Of a DNA stretch of 64,000 nt, positions 9,580 to 20,815 are shown piece by piece (position 1 is the first letter of the stretch; each line of letters begins with the position of its first letter). The position numbers and the translations under genes are program-made. The DNA comes from a bacterium. Lineage in GTDB: Bacteria; UBA8248; JACPRG01; G963555815. The notes under the pieces are model-generated. The model worked only from the letters and a program-made list of their open reading frames with translations, searched no databases and had not been told where the DNA came from. The stretch is from positions 736,001 to 800,000 of the forward strand of contig CBDHDG010000005.1 in NCBI GenBank assembly GCA_965261595.1, in the 5' to 3' direction.

Positions 9580-10805
9580 AAGCGAGGGAGCTTAACCATC
9601 CGGCTTCGCCAAATGCCTCCTTCGGAAATATTGGCAAGGCTGGCAAGGCTGGCGAAGCGTGAGGGAAACTTTTGGGGTTTAGGGATGTTCCGGTCCACGG
9701 TGTCTCGTGGCTTTGGCCTGGTTGGCTGCCGCGGGGCCGGACTACCATGCTTGGCGGATGCGGCGGGTCCGGAAAAGGCACGTTCGCCGGGCACGTTGCA
9801 GCTTGTACAACAGGCGGGCGGCCATGGCCTGATGACACGCGGACTGAGCCAGCATATGCGGTTATCGTCTCCCCCGACGACGCCCTTGCCGACACCCTTA
9901 AACCGCGACTGCTGCACTCCGGTGCGGACCTCGACCGATGCCTGCGCTTGTGTGCCGGCGACATCCAGGGCGGAATCGAGCGGATCGCAAACACTTTGCT
10001 CCGGTCCGACGTAGACATCGCGCTTGTCGTCGTCGATATGGTCGAGGCCGGAATGCGACACGGGATGGCCGGAAACGCTGCCGGCGATGTGGCCCGCCAC
10101 TTGTCCGCCTTCAACCGCCTGGCCGAACGATTAGATGCGGCCGTGCTCGTTTGTCATCACCTGAATAAATGGGTCCGCGTGAAAGTTTCAGAAGGGACAC
10201 TTTCAAATCTGGTGCGCGGGTCTGGGGCGTGGACGGACGCCGTCCGCATGTTGTGGCTGATGACAGCGGACGAGAATGATAACGAAGGATCGCGAATCCT
10301 CGTGCGGGCAAAGTGCAATATCGGCGGTGTGCCCTGGCATAAGGGGGGGTACCGTATCACCGCCAAGGACGTTCCGTATGAGGGCCAAAACGGGCGGCCT
10401 GGGCGAACCACTGTGGTCGACCGTGTGACTCCGATTACCGGCAACGCGCATGCCATTTTCGCCGCCGCCGTGACGCCTTCTAATCCCGCCGGCCCGGTGA
10501 AGGTGGGCAAACAACACGCCGCTCGGGATGCGATTATGAAATTTCTTAAGCCCGGAACTCCCGTGCTCAAGTCTCAGGTTATCGGCGTCCTATCCGAACG
10601 CGGGCATGCGCAGCGCACGCTTGAACGCGCAGCGGATGGACTCGATTTCAAAGGAAAAATGATCGCGCGCAAGAGGTTACGGGACGAGTTTCCCGAAGCG
10701 AACAACAATTCTGTCGTTTGGGAACGACCAGAACCGCCAGCTTCGCCAGAAAAAACGAGTGAGGAAATTGGCGAAGCCGAAGGCGACTCCGATATATGGA
10801 AATAG
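9576..10805 (+). CDS. AAA_25/RecA-like replicative helicase (in-frame TGA at 9660, or starts at TTG 9672)
   Basis: VSWLWPGWLPRG; Walker A GCGGSGKG; VVVD; CHHLNK; RGSGAW. Confidence 0.8.
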
Positions 10806-10835
10806 GGTGGCAGACGGTGGCACGGGAGTATTGAC

Positions 10836-11225
10836 ATGAGAGTCCGGTGTCTCATCCTGGGGGTGGTGTGTTGTGTTCTGATCCCATCCATCGGGGCGAC
10901 CCAGCAGAAGAAAAAGGAAGACGATTACAACAGGGAATTTTGCGCCCGTGTGGGAGGGAGAACCGAGGTGCGGCACGAATACACCTATCCCAACGGCAAA
11001 GGATACGTGAGAGTGGACTGTGAAACCGATACCACAGTGTACGAAGGCGGCCTGGACAAGCGGAGCAGTCTGGACAGCGTGCAACAAGCCTTGTTCTTCG
11101 CTTGGCTGACCGGCAAGAAGCCTGCTGTGGTGATTTACGCCACAGACGGAAGGGTGGGGAAATACGAGCACCGCATCGAGGTGGCGTGCGAGGCGGCGGG
11201 CGTTGAATTTTTGAGGGGCCGATAG
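10836..11225 (+). CDS. Secreted hypothetical protein, possible PD-(D/E)XK-like fold
   Basis: Signal-peptide-like N-terminus; RVDCET..VYE...QAL..AWLTGKKPAVV. Confidence 0.65.
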   Translation: MRVRCLILGVVCCVLIPSIGATQQKKKEDDYNREFCARVGGRTEVRHEYTYPNGKGYVRVDCETDTTVYEGGLDKRSSLDSVQQALFFAWLTGKKPAVVIYATDGRVGKYEHRIEVACEAAGVEFLRGR

Positions 11226-11244
11226 GTCCGATGCACCGCCATGT

Positions 11245-11510
11245 TTGAAAGGAGGTAAGCACGTTACCATCCGAGACCTGCGCGCCATGCAAGGCGTTCT
11301 GGACAATGACGAAGCGCTTATGGCGGGTTTGATTATTATGGACTCTCTGGGGCCAACGAAGGACGGGAATTTTCACAGGGATATGGGCGCAGGAGGGGGA
11401 CCTGGAAGTTGATGGGGTCAAATACAGTCCGGACGCAGATACTGATGGTGGGAGAGATACTGGAGGGGAAGAGGACAAAGGGTAACCACCTAAAAGCCCA
11501 TAACTCATAA
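11245..11510 (+). pseudogene. Remnant of Mrr-like endonuclease domain of a methylase-nuclease fusion
   Basis: Frameshifted pieces LKGGKHVTIRDLRAMQGVLDNDEALMAGLII / GDLEVDGVKY / QILMVGEILEGK. Confidence 0.5.
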
Positions 11511-11536
11511 TTCCGATTCTCTTGAGTGAGATGCAC

Positions 11537-12136
11537 TTAAGAGATCCTCCTGCCGTCTGTAGATGTCAGACGATTCGGCGACACGTTGCTCTTTGTAGAT
11601 TCCCCGCCCGTTTGCTCAAACGCCTCGGTCGTCCCGTCCGGGCTCACAAGCTTGATGGTGACCTTCCGCTTCGGGGGTGTCTCGATTCCAACCTTTCCGC
11701 CATGCGCAATCCTTCGGGCAAAGGGATCAGGAAAGCGGCGCTCAAGCCACCACATTGCGCCCTTGATACCCGGGGGGCGCTCTTCTTTGGTGATCTCCTC
11801 CATCTTGGACCCGTCTTCGAGGCGTCGGACGTGCGTTTTCGTGATCGTGGTCGATTCCAGGATCGACCGCTTGATCGCATTCAGGTATTCAACGCCGGTT
11901 TCCTGTACGGCCCGCTCGATCCGCTCAAGTAATTCGGCATATGGGGATTCCGGCTCAAGCTCCCCACGGGACCGCCATTCGATAAGTGTTTGTTCCGAAA
12001 CGCCTCCGGCTCGTGCGGCATCCTTGTACGAAAGTCCGAGAGACACGGCCTCAACGATACGGTCGGCAACCTCCGGCGTCAGTTTCGTTGGCCGGCCTGC
12101 GGAGCCTCGCTTTTCTCTTGCGTCCTTGGCGCTCAT
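11537..12136 (-). CDS. Terminase small subunit-like HTH protein
   Basis: GRPTKLTPEVADRIVEAV..G....DAA..GVS..T..EW; AMWWLERRFP. Confidence 0.7.
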   Translation of the reverse strand: MSAKDAREKRGSAGRPTKLTPEVADRIVEAVSLGLSYKDAARAGGVSEQTLIEWRSRGELEPESPYAELLERIERAVQETGVEYLNAIKRSILESTTITKTHVRRLEDGSKMEEITKEERPPGIKGAMWWLERRFPDPFARRIAHGGKVGIETPPKRKVTIKLVSPDGTTEAFEQTGGESTKSNVSPNRLTSTDGRRIS

Positions 12137-12687
12137 TTTCGTTCTACCTTCTTCCCTGTTCGATCCCCTTACCGTTTCACAACTGACCTACTTCAGCCGG
12201 GCCTTCACAAGATTGTAATTGTGTTCGGTGCATTTTGCACACATTCGAAGGCCGGGAGCGAAATCGTTCACAAGAGAGGTCGCGCAAGGACCCGGCAGAT
12301 CGAGATTTTTCGGAAGGCAGATTGTGAGGGGTTAACATCGTCCCTACCGTCCGCATCGTCCGCCGAAGGCGTCAAGGGTGCGTCCCGAAAAGGCTCGGAG
12401 GGGGGATTGGGGGTGCGGACGCAAACGGCCATTCACCGCACAAGTCCTCCGTCCGCGGAAACCCCTATGATACCTAGCTTGCGGACGCTGCGGACGATAC
12501 GGACGCAAATATCCCGGCTTAATCTGGCTGTTGGAAGTTGCGGATATGAGTGCGAGAGAGGCCCCTCACCTAGCGCATAAGAATGGTGTCCGGAGGATTG
12601 GCGGGAGTTTTTCGAGGAGCGGGCCAGCATTATCGAGTTCAGTAGCGTTCAGAACCGAGCGCAGGCGGAATTGGAGGCAAAAAGCGC

Positions 12688-13233
12688 ATGACTAGGGAAA
12701 AAGCTGCTGAGCAGAAGGAGCAAATGACCATCGTCGTCAACGACAAAGAGGATCGCAAAGGCAAGTTAAAGAGCATCGGCGGCTCTCAGTCCGATAAGTG
12801 GAACCACACACTTGTCGAACAGGTGCTGGAGACGCTCTGGATTCCTCACGAGTCGAAACGCGAGGAGCTATATCGTGCCACAGTTGCGGCGCTGATGGGC
12901 ATCGCTCCACGCGACGAACTCGAAGGCATGATGGCCACCCAACTGATAGCCGCCCACCACGCCACAATGGAGTGCTACCGACTCGCCATACTCAACGGAC
13001 AGACTTTTGAGGTGTGGCGCGAGAGCCTGAACCAGGCCAACAAACTCTCCCGCACTTGGGCGACGCTTCTCGACGCACTCAACAAGCATCGCGGCAAGGG
13101 CCAGCAGAAGGTGACGGTCGAGCACGTCCACTTCCATGCCGGCGGGCAGGCCGTGGTCGGAAACGTCGAAAGGTCGGGGTGGTGGCAAATCGGAGGAACA
13201 ACCCCACGCAAAGCAGTCTTCAGATGCACCTGA
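12688..13233 (+). CDS. Conserved hypothetical protein of satellite-like elements
   Basis: PRDELEGMMATQL; KGQQKVTVEHVH..GGQAVVGNV; GGAGG RBS. Confidence 0.75.
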   Translation: MTREKAAEQKEQMTIVVNDKEDRKGKLKSIGGSQSDKWNHTLVEQVLETLWIPHESKREELYRATVAALMGIAPRDELEGMMATQLIAAHHATMECYRLAILNGQTFEVWRESLNQANKLSRTWATLLDALNKHRGKGQQKVTVEHVHFHAGGQAVVGNVERSGWWQIGGTTPRKAVFRCT

Positions 13234-13457
13234 GCCCGCGCTGCGGTGCCCGGACACGGAGGGGGGCACTTTGCAAATCACCCGCGATGGCGAACGGCCG
13301 ATGCCGGATGCACGGCGGAACTTCGCCCGGCGCGCCGAGAGGCAACATCAACGCCTATAAGCACGGGCTCTACACCGCCGAGGCCATCGCGCGGCGGCGG
13401 GAATTGGCAGCGTTGGTGCGCTCAATGCGCAGGCTCGTTCGTGAGGTGAACGGGTAA
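13224..13457 (+). CDS. HGGxSTG-domain protein
   Basis: RCGARTRRG..C..PAM.NGRCRMHGGTSPGAP.GN.NA.KHG. Confidence 0.85.
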   Translation: MHLSPRCGARTRRGALCKSPAMANGRCRMHGGTSPGAPRGNINAYKHGLYTAEAIARRRELAALVRSMRRLVREVNG

Positions 13458-13656
13458 AATAGGCATCATGTCGGCATCACTGCGAGGCGCAGGTGCGAAC
13501 CGCCGCCTGGAGCAAGGTTTTCTGTGAGTGGGGCTCAGTTCAATAGCGTAATTGTGAAGCATGGGGAATTACGCCGAATCCAATCACAGCGCAGGTCCGC
13601 CATCACGCTCCGTGTCGTATTGGCGCTCGGATGGTTCCAGGTCTCGCCATCCGCAC

Positions 13657-16600
13657 TCACCTGATCGTCTTTTCGATAAAACCGAGCGTGTTCGCATTCT
13701 CGACCAGGGTGCGAACCTTTCCGCGGTCCAGACCGCTGGGAACCTCGGCATCGATTTCAAGCTTCAGGGACACCTCGCTGCCGGGAAGGGTGGTGAGCTG
13801 CTCGACAACGGCTTCGATGATTTGATGGATATCGCGGGCTGGGCGCTCCGCGGAGATCATCACCGTGCCGATGAAGCGTGTCGGCTTCTCCTCGATCGGT
13901 TCGGGTGGATCGGGTTCGTCGGATTTCTCGTCAGGAACTGTCTTCTCCTGGAGATCTTTCGATGGTTCCGGGGGTTGAGGGCGGTTCGCCTCCGCAACCT
14001 CCGGAGCCACGATCAGGCTTTCGCTGTCAATCACAACCTGGACACCGGCGGCATTGTCTATCGCGAGGCCCCGATAGGTGCCAGCTGACTCGTCACCGCT
14101 TTCGGCATAGGCGAACGGCCCCGGCAGCATTCCGCCGATGGCCGACGCGACGGACCTGACGAGCACGGACCGGTCTTTCAGCCGCGGCAGGTAGGTGTAG
14201 CGATTTACATACTCCCACAGATCCTTCAGCGGGAGATGATCCTTTCCGTTCCATATGTATCGTCGGAGCTCTCGGTCGAGCCGCACCGGGCCGAGGTCGG
14301 TCAAGAGCGCTTCCTCGTCCACGAGCCGCTTGCTCGCCCGTCTCAGTATGCCGTCCTGCACCGGCACCTTGCCCGAGATCCAGGAGACTTCGGCCTTGGC
14401 GCTGTCCTGCGCCGGGTAGAGAAGGTAACACCAAGTCTCCTGTAGGCGCGCGCGTAGCGTCTCTTTCGCTTCCGCGAGCTTCGCCTTCGCCAGCGCGCTG
14501 TCGCTCTGGGTGAGGTTGAGCCGCTCCGTGTCCCGAAAGATACCCTCCCAGGCCAGGGCTCTGCGCATGCCATCCTTGAGAATGTCGATCTGCCTTGCCT
14601 CGGCAGCGAGAAACACCAGCATGTTGCGGTAGACGCGGGGTGTAGGACCACGATTCAGCAGGATGTCCTTGGCAGCCTCCAGGGCTTCCGATTTCTCACG
14701 GCCGTTATGCGGGTGGGCCACGCCGAGCACCACCGCGCGCACACCGCCCGCTTCGTCGGGCACGTCCCCTGAGCTCCCCGGGGCCACCTGCACGGCGTCG
14801 AAGTGTCCGCGGTCTCCAAGGCCGTTGATATAGGCCGTCAGCGCCTTGTCGATCTCGACGGCCACCAGCGCCTCCTCGATTTGCTCGGCACGGTCGGCGG
14901 CCAGCCGGTTGAGACTCGCCGACATCGAATACCAGTACCGCCCGAGGTCGCCGTGCAGGAACCGCGCTTGGTTGCCAAGGCGCCTCAGTGCATCGCCGAA
15001 AATCGCCGGACGCTCACCCGGTTGCACCACCCCTAGGTTGATCTGCTTGTCGTCGAATCCCTTGTTCTCCTGGTTGTGAACCGGGGCCGTGCCCATGAAG
15101 ATCGCCCGCGCGACCCGGCGCGTCGCCGAATAGCGGTTCAGGTTGGGCGCGGATTGGTCGATCCTGTAAGGAATGGAGCCGCCGCCATCCACATCGCCTG
15201 CGATGATCGATTGCCAACTGAGATCGAGATAGTGCAGCAACTCCGGCTCTACCCGGTCCGAGCCGACCGCAATGCTTCCCGGCATGATCATCACCGATGG
15301 GTCGTTGGTCATCCACAGCTCGTGAATCGCCTGCGCCATCAGCCGCAACACGCCGCGGGTGCGCTGGAACCGCTCCAGCGAGCCCCAGCTCGTATAAAGC
15401 TGGTCGAAGAGTTCCGGATGGATGGGGTAGGCCTTTTCCATCTTGCGGCGGTAGTCCTCATCGGCCGAGCCGCGCGGGAATTCGTTCGCATTGTCGCGGT
15501 AGAGCTTGGCGTACTGCTTCAGCGTGTTGTCGCGGTGGTGGTATCTGTCACCGGGAATCTCCTTGAACAGGCGGCGGCGAACGATCTCGTAGCTTTCTTC
15601 CTGGGATGCAGGGCGCCAGGATGATTCGACGCGAGAGAAGGTCTGCTTCAGCCGGGTCAGTGCCTCGGCCCCGCCTTCTCCTCCCACCTCGATCTGCGAG
15701 GCTGGGAGAGCCGCCACGAGCACGGTTCCGGGACTGGCCTTGACCGCCTCGGTCAAGGACTGGACAAAACTCAGGTTGGCGTCGAACGAGCCGGCGGGGA
15801 GTCCATCCGTTCTGTAGATTTGACGGAGATAGGCCACCCATTCGTCGATCAGGATGAGGCAGGGCGCGCAGTCCCTGAAGATGGCCTCGAGAAGATGGGA
15901 GCCGGGCGCGATTCCCTTGGCGTCGTTTTCGGCTATCGCGTCGAAGGCCGCAGGTCCGCCCAATTGCCAGGCCATCTCGCCCCAGGTCGTGCGGATTTCC
16001 CTTCCTCCCTCGCACGAGAGCGTGTCCTGTGGACCGCGAGACGTACCGACCATCACCGCGCGGTTGATCCCCGTTGGCAAGGACATGCTGTGCCCTGATA
16101 GAAGCTGGTCGAGTCCCGGCAGATCCTGCGTGGACGTTCCACCCGCCATGTGGTAGAGCGCCAGCATGGAATGGGTCTTGCCGCCGCCGAAGTTGGTCTG
16201 AAGCTCCATTACGGGGTCGCCGCCCGCCCCGGATAAACGCTTCGCCGCGCTCACCAGAAGCGCGGAGAGGCCGTCCGTCAGATAGGTTCGGCTGAAGAAC
16301 TCTTGCGGATTCAAGTATTCAGACGGGGCGCTACCGGCGTGTACCTTGCCGAGATCGGCGGCGAACTCCGCTTGCTGGAACTCGCCCGTGGCGACGTCCT
16401 CGTGCGGCTCGACTACTTCCCTCCAAGGTAGCAGGCCGCCCGCTGCCTCGACGGAGATCTGGTGCCCTTTTGTCCCACGGCGTTCTTCGTTCCGCCTAAG
16501 CTCCGCGAACTTCGTGCGCAGGATGGTCTCGCGCATTTTGCCGAGTCGCCCTGCGGCATCGCTGGCGCCGATCGCCTCCGTCAGACGGCGCATGGAATCC

Positions 16601-16929
16601 AGCGCGCGCTCGGCGTCGTCGTAGTTGAAGGTTTTGTTGTGCGAGAGCCTGTTGCGCACGTCGAGCAGTTCGTTGACGATTGCGCGCTCCGCCCGTCCCA
16701 GAACTGCACCGAAAGCATCTCCCCAGTGGCGGTTCATGGCGTGGAGCAGTCCCGATTGATCCCAGGCGATGTTGCCGCTGGCATCTGGCCGCAGGCGGGA
16801 CTCCTCGGCCACCTGCACCTGCCAATGGCCCACCAAGGCGCTTTCCAGCCGCTTTTCAACAAATGGCGTCAATGCCTCGGGCAGAACCTCCATACCGTCG
16901 AAAACGATTTGGCGCGCGCTCTTGGCCAT
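13657..16929 (-). CDS. Swt1-like HEPN + DUF499 AAA+ ATPase
   Basis: HEPN RNRLSH; PWREVVEPHEDV..G..EFAADL; Walker A TNFGGGKTH; Walker B LILIDEW; GGAGG RBS. Confidence 0.9.
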   Translation of the reverse strand: MAKSARQIVFDGMEVLPEALTPFVEKRLESALVGHWQVQVAEESRLRPDASGNIAWDQSGLLHAMNRHWGDAFGAVLGRAERAIVNELLDVRNRLSHNKTFNYDDAERALDSMRRLTEAIGASDAAGRLGKMRETILRTKFAELRRNEERRGTKGHQISVEAAGGLLPWREVVEPHEDVATGEFQQAEFAADLGKVHAGSAPSEYLNPQEFFSRTYLTDGLSALLVSAAKRLSGAGGDPVMELQTNFGGGKTHSMLALYHMAGGTSTQDLPGLDQLLSGHSMSLPTGINRAVMVGTSRGPQDTLSCEGGREIRTTWGEMAWQLGGPAAFDAIAENDAKGIAPGSHLLEAIFRDCAPCLILIDEWVAYLRQIYRTDGLPAGSFDANLSFVQSLTEAVKASPGTVLVAALPASQIEVGGEGGAEALTRLKQTFSRVESSWRPASQEESYEIVRRRLFKEIPGDRYHHRDNTLKQYAKLYRDNANEFPRGSADEDYRRKMEKAYPIHPELFDQLYTSWGSLERFQRTRGVLRLMAQAIHELWMTNDPSVMIMPGSIAVGSDRVEPELLHYLDLSWQSIIAGDVDGGGSIPYRIDQSAPNLNRYSATRRVARAIFMGTAPVHNQENKGFDDKQINLGVVQPGERPAIFGDALRRLGNQARFLHGDLGRYWYSMSASLNRLAADRAEQIEEALVAVEIDKALTAYINGLGDRGHFDAVQVAPGSSGDVPDEAGGVRAVVLGVAHPHNGREKSEALEAAKDILLNRGPTPRVYRNMLVFLAAEARQIDILKDGMRRALAWEGIFRDTERLNLTQSDSALAKAKLAEAKETLRARLQETWCYLLYPAQDSAKAEVSWISGKVPVQDGILRRASKRLVDEEALLTDLGPVRLDRELRRYIWNGKDHLPLKDLWEYVNRYTYLPRLKDRSVLVRSVASAIGGMLPGPFAYAESGDESAGTYRGLAIDNAAGVQVVIDSESLIVAPEVAEANRPQPPEPSKDLQEKTVPDEKSDEPDPPEPIEEKPTRFIGTVMISAERPARDIHQIIEAVVEQLTTLPGSEVSLKLEIDAEVPSGLDRGKVRTLVENANTLGFIEKTIR

Positions 16930-18103
16930 CCCCTACCTCCCTTCTCAAATGTCCAATACGCCTTGCAGGTCGCCGCGTGTGTCGTGGATCGCCGCCGCCT
17001 GCCGGGTCAATTCCGACCAGACGGCAATCAAGCCGTTCCATGAGGCCGCCTCGGCCGCATCCTTGCGCTTGTTGGCCGCGATATCGTAGAGGCAATAGGC
17101 CAGATCCCGCGCCGCATCGGCATATCCAGGGCCTATCTTCTTCAAAAGCATGGCGGACCCGCTCTCGCCATCATGTTCAAGCGTGCGGACCAGATGCTGG
17201 CTGCATTCCCAGACCGTGAGATGCGTATCCTCCGCCGGGTCCCAGTTCGGGTCGATCTCGTCACGCTTCAGGATGCGGACCTTTCCGCCGGAAGCCTTCA
17301 CAATCCCGGCATGCTGCACGCTCTCCACCGAGATGCCCCGGGCCGTGGCAATGCTGTTCGCCGCTCCGAAATCACTTTCCCCCGTGCCATGTTGCTCGAA
17401 CCAGGTGAGGGCGAAGCGCGTCTCGGCATCGAACTCGCCCTGGATGCCGCCCAGATATTCATCTAGTTCGCGATTGATGAGCTGCAGCGCGGTCTTCACG
17501 GGCATGGGAGTGTCGGCGGCTTCGAGGACGGCCTGACAGCGGCTGAAAACGGCCATGCCTGGTCCGATAGCCGCTTGCGGCATGTCGGCGGGTGTAATGT
17601 TCGATTCTTTGAGCGTTTTAATAGCTGGCGGGAGTTCCAGCTTGAGCGCTCGGATGAATTCCGCGCGGCTGAGGGTTTCAGCGCTGTCGTCCCGTTTGCG
17701 GCAGACGAGGACTACTGAGTTGGCCAGGGCGTTCACATTCTTCTTGAGATTTCCGGTCAATTCACTTCGGATAGGCCATGTGCCGACGACGGCATAACCC
17801 GCATCAATGACGGCATGGAGAAAGGTCGCCCAGCCAGTTGAGCTAATACCATCCTGTTTAACTTCACTCTGCTTGAAGGCATACCAGATAGTTGCGGGAA
17901 AATCGCCTGATGATTGCTGTATCATATTGGTGATGGCCATCGACATACCGTCCAAGAAAAATCTCTCGGCCTCCGCCTTGCTACCATGGCGATAAGGACT
18001 GGCAACAAGTTCTTCCGTTTTAGGTGTCGCCAGCATGTCAAAAAGGTCTGGGTAAACTAAGCGCAGAGGAGGTTTCAGCCAACAGAAGAAGAAATCCGAG
18101 AGA

Positions 18104-18144
<41 letters not shown>

Positions 18145-18518
18145 AATTACTATATGCTCTGGATAAGAAGCGGTTTGTGCTTCCTGTTGACCTACCGACC
18201 CTTTGCATCCCAACCCTAACTTGACAATGACGTTCGTCAGGTAATCGAGTTGGCCCAGAAAATTACCGCTGGAGTTGCTGAATGGATTACCCTCACAAAA
18301 ATCCCAGACCATGGGTAATGCCTGACGAGCAAATACTTGTTGGACATTCTGTCCGCCTGAGTCCCAAAAATTCAGCGATGACTGCCGATTGGCGAGCCGA
18401 CCGACATTTAATCCCGCATTTCCCATATGGATGATAATTTTTAACGCCCCGAAGGCCGTTTTCTCGTGTAAAATCAAGGTGTTGGCCTCTCCCTGCCATC
18501 ATCTTGCGAGGGGACCCG

Positions 18519-19362
18519 ATGGGTGAAGCGAAAAAGAGGCCGTTGAGGCTCCAATTCGACGGTCGGCTCATGCTGGAGTTTCACGGAGCAAAGGTTACGA
18601 GTGACGCCGGTTTGCTTGCCTATCGTGAACTGGATGAGGTGTTGGGGCTGACGAAGGCGGCCGAGGGGTTTCTGTCCGATTCACGGACGGGCGGGAACAC
18701 CCGGCACAGCCTCACCGCTTTGGTGCGCCAGTCGGTCTACAGCCGCCTGGCAGGATATAAAGACACCAATGATGCCGAGCGGCTCTGTGTCGATCCCGCC
18801 ATGCGTCAGGTGGTTGGGGGGCGAGCGAAGTATCACACCGCTGCCTCCACCAGCCAGATGAGCCGATTCGAGACGCAGACCCTCACCCGGCCCCTTAACC
18901 CCTCAAGGCGCTGAGCGGTCTGCCCGGTGTGTTGGTGGATCGTGTCCGCAAACGCAAGCCGATTCGCAAGCTGATCCTGGACATGGACAGTTCGGTCAGC
19001 CCGACCCACGGTGAGCAGGAAGGCTCTTCCTACAACGGCCACTTCGGCTGCACCTGCTATCACCCACTGTTTTGCTTCAACCAGTTTGGCGATCTGGAGC
19101 GGGCGCTGTTGCGCAACGGCAAGGTCCACAGCGCTGATGACTGGTGGTCTGTATTGGAGCCGGTGGTAGCTCGCTACCGGGATGCGAAGGTCTGTCGGTT
19201 TTTTCGAGGCGACGCGGCATTTGCCAAGCCGGAGGTGTACCGATACCTTGAGGCGGAGGGCTACTCCTATGCGATTCGGCTTCCGGCCAACGCCATCTTG
19301 TACAGGGACATCGAATGCCTTCTGACCCGGCCGGTTGGCCGACCGCCCAAAAGGCCCATTAT
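18519..19362 (+). pseudogene. IS1380 transposase, frameshifted and truncated
   Basis: Near-identical to 19469 onward, with two extra C near 18900. Confidence 0.85.
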
Positions 19363-19468
19363 CCCGCATTTCCCATATGGATGATAATTTTTAACGCCCC
19401 GAAGGCCGTTTTCTCGTGTAAAATCAAGGTGTTGGCCTCTCCCTGCCATCATCTTGCGAGGGGACCCG

Positions 19469-20815
19469 ATGGGTGAAGCGAAAAAGAGGCCGTTGAGGCT
19501 CCAATTCGACGGTCGGCTCAGGCTGGAGTTTCACGGAGCAAAGGTTACGAGTGACGCCGGTTTGCTTGCCTATCGTGAACTGGATGAGGTGTTGGGGCTG
19601 ACGAAGGCGGCCGAGGGGTTTCTGTCCGATTCACGGACGGGCGGGAACACCCGGCACAGCCTCACCGCTTTGGTGCGCCAGTCGGTCTACAGCCGCCTGG
19701 CAGGATATAAAGACACCAATGATGCCGAGCGGCTCTGTGTCGATCCCGCCATGCGTCAGGTGGTTGGGGGGCGAGCGAAGTATCACACCGCTGCCTCCAC
19801 CAGCCAGATGAGCCGATTCGAGACGCAGACCCTCACCCGGCCCCTTAACCTCAAGGCGCTGAGCGGTCTGCCCGGTGTGTTGGTGGATCGTGTCCGCAAA
19901 CGCAAGCCGATTCGCAAGCTGATCCTGGACATGGACAGTTCGGTCAGCCCGACCCACGGTGAGCAGGAAGGCTCTTCCTACAACGGCCACTTCGGCTGCA
20001 CCTGCTATCACCCACTGTTTTGCTTCAACCAGTTTGGCGATCTGGAGCGGGCGCTGTTGCGCAACGGCAAGGTCCACAGCGCTGATGACTGGTGGTCTGT
20101 ATTGGAGCCGGTGGTAGCTCGCTACCGGGATGCGAAGGTCTGTCGGTTTTTTCGAGGCGACGCGGCATTTGCCAAGCCGGAGGTGTACCGATACCTTGAG
20201 GCGGAGGGCTACTCCTATGCGATTTGGCTTCCGGCCAACGCCATCTTGTACAGGGACATCGAATGCCTTCTGACCCGGCCGGTTGGCCGACCGCCCAAAA
20301 GGCCCATTATCTTCTACCACAGCGTCTCCTATCAGGCGGCTAGTTGGGAGAAGCCTCGCCGGGTGGTGGTGGCGGTCGAGTGGCACCAGGGCGAGTTGTT
20401 TCCAAGAGTCAGCTTCATCGTGACCAACCTGCACTGGCGGGAAGAGAACGTCGTGAGGTTCTACAACCAGCGTGGGACGGCGGAGCAGTGGATCAAGGAG
20501 GGCAAGTACGCCCTGAACTGGACGCGCCTGTCCTGCCACGGCTTTGAAGAGAACCAGGTCCGCTTGCAACTATTTGCCTTGGCGTACAACCTGGCAAACT
20601 TCCTGCGGCGGCTGGCGTTGCCCAGAGCGGTGAAGCACTGGTCGCTGACGACGTTACGCGAGAAGCTGATTAAGATTGGGGCCAAGGTGGTCACCCACGC
20701 CCGGCACACCACCTTCCAGATGGCCGAGGTGGCCGTGCCGCGTCAACTGTTCAGGGCAATCCTTGAACGAATTCGACGGTTGTGGTTACCGCCTCCCGTA
20801 CCAGATACCGGATGA
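19469..20815 (+). CDS. IS1380 transposase
   Basis: [34 protein letters not shown]. Confidence 0.93.
   Translation: MGEAKKRPLRLQFDGRLRLEFHGAKVTSDAGLLAYRELDEVLGLTKAAEGFLSDSRTGGNTRHSLTALVRQSVYSRLAGYKDTNDAERLCVDPAMRQVVGGRAKYHTAASTSQMSRFETQTLTRPLNLKALSGLPGVLVDRVRKRKPIRKLILDMDSSVSPTHGEQEGSSYNGHFGCTCYHPLFCFNQFGDLERALLRNGKVHSADDWWSVLEPVVARYRDAKVCRFFRGDAAFAKPEVYRYLEAEGYSYAIWLPANAILYRDIECLLTRPVGRPPKRPIIFYHSVSYQAASWEKPRRVVVAVEWHQGELFPRVSFIVTNLHWREENVVRFYNQRGTAEQWIKEGKYALNWTRLSCHGFEENQVRLQLFALAYNLANFLRRLALPRAVKHWSLTTLREKLIKIGAKVVTHARHTTFQMAEVAVPRQLFRAILERIRRLWLPPPVPDTG

Noticed and set aside
9660..9662. Selenocysteine recoding of the in-frame TGA
   Set aside because: No SECIS-like hairpin recognised and no catalytic Cys position; a nonsense mutation is simpler
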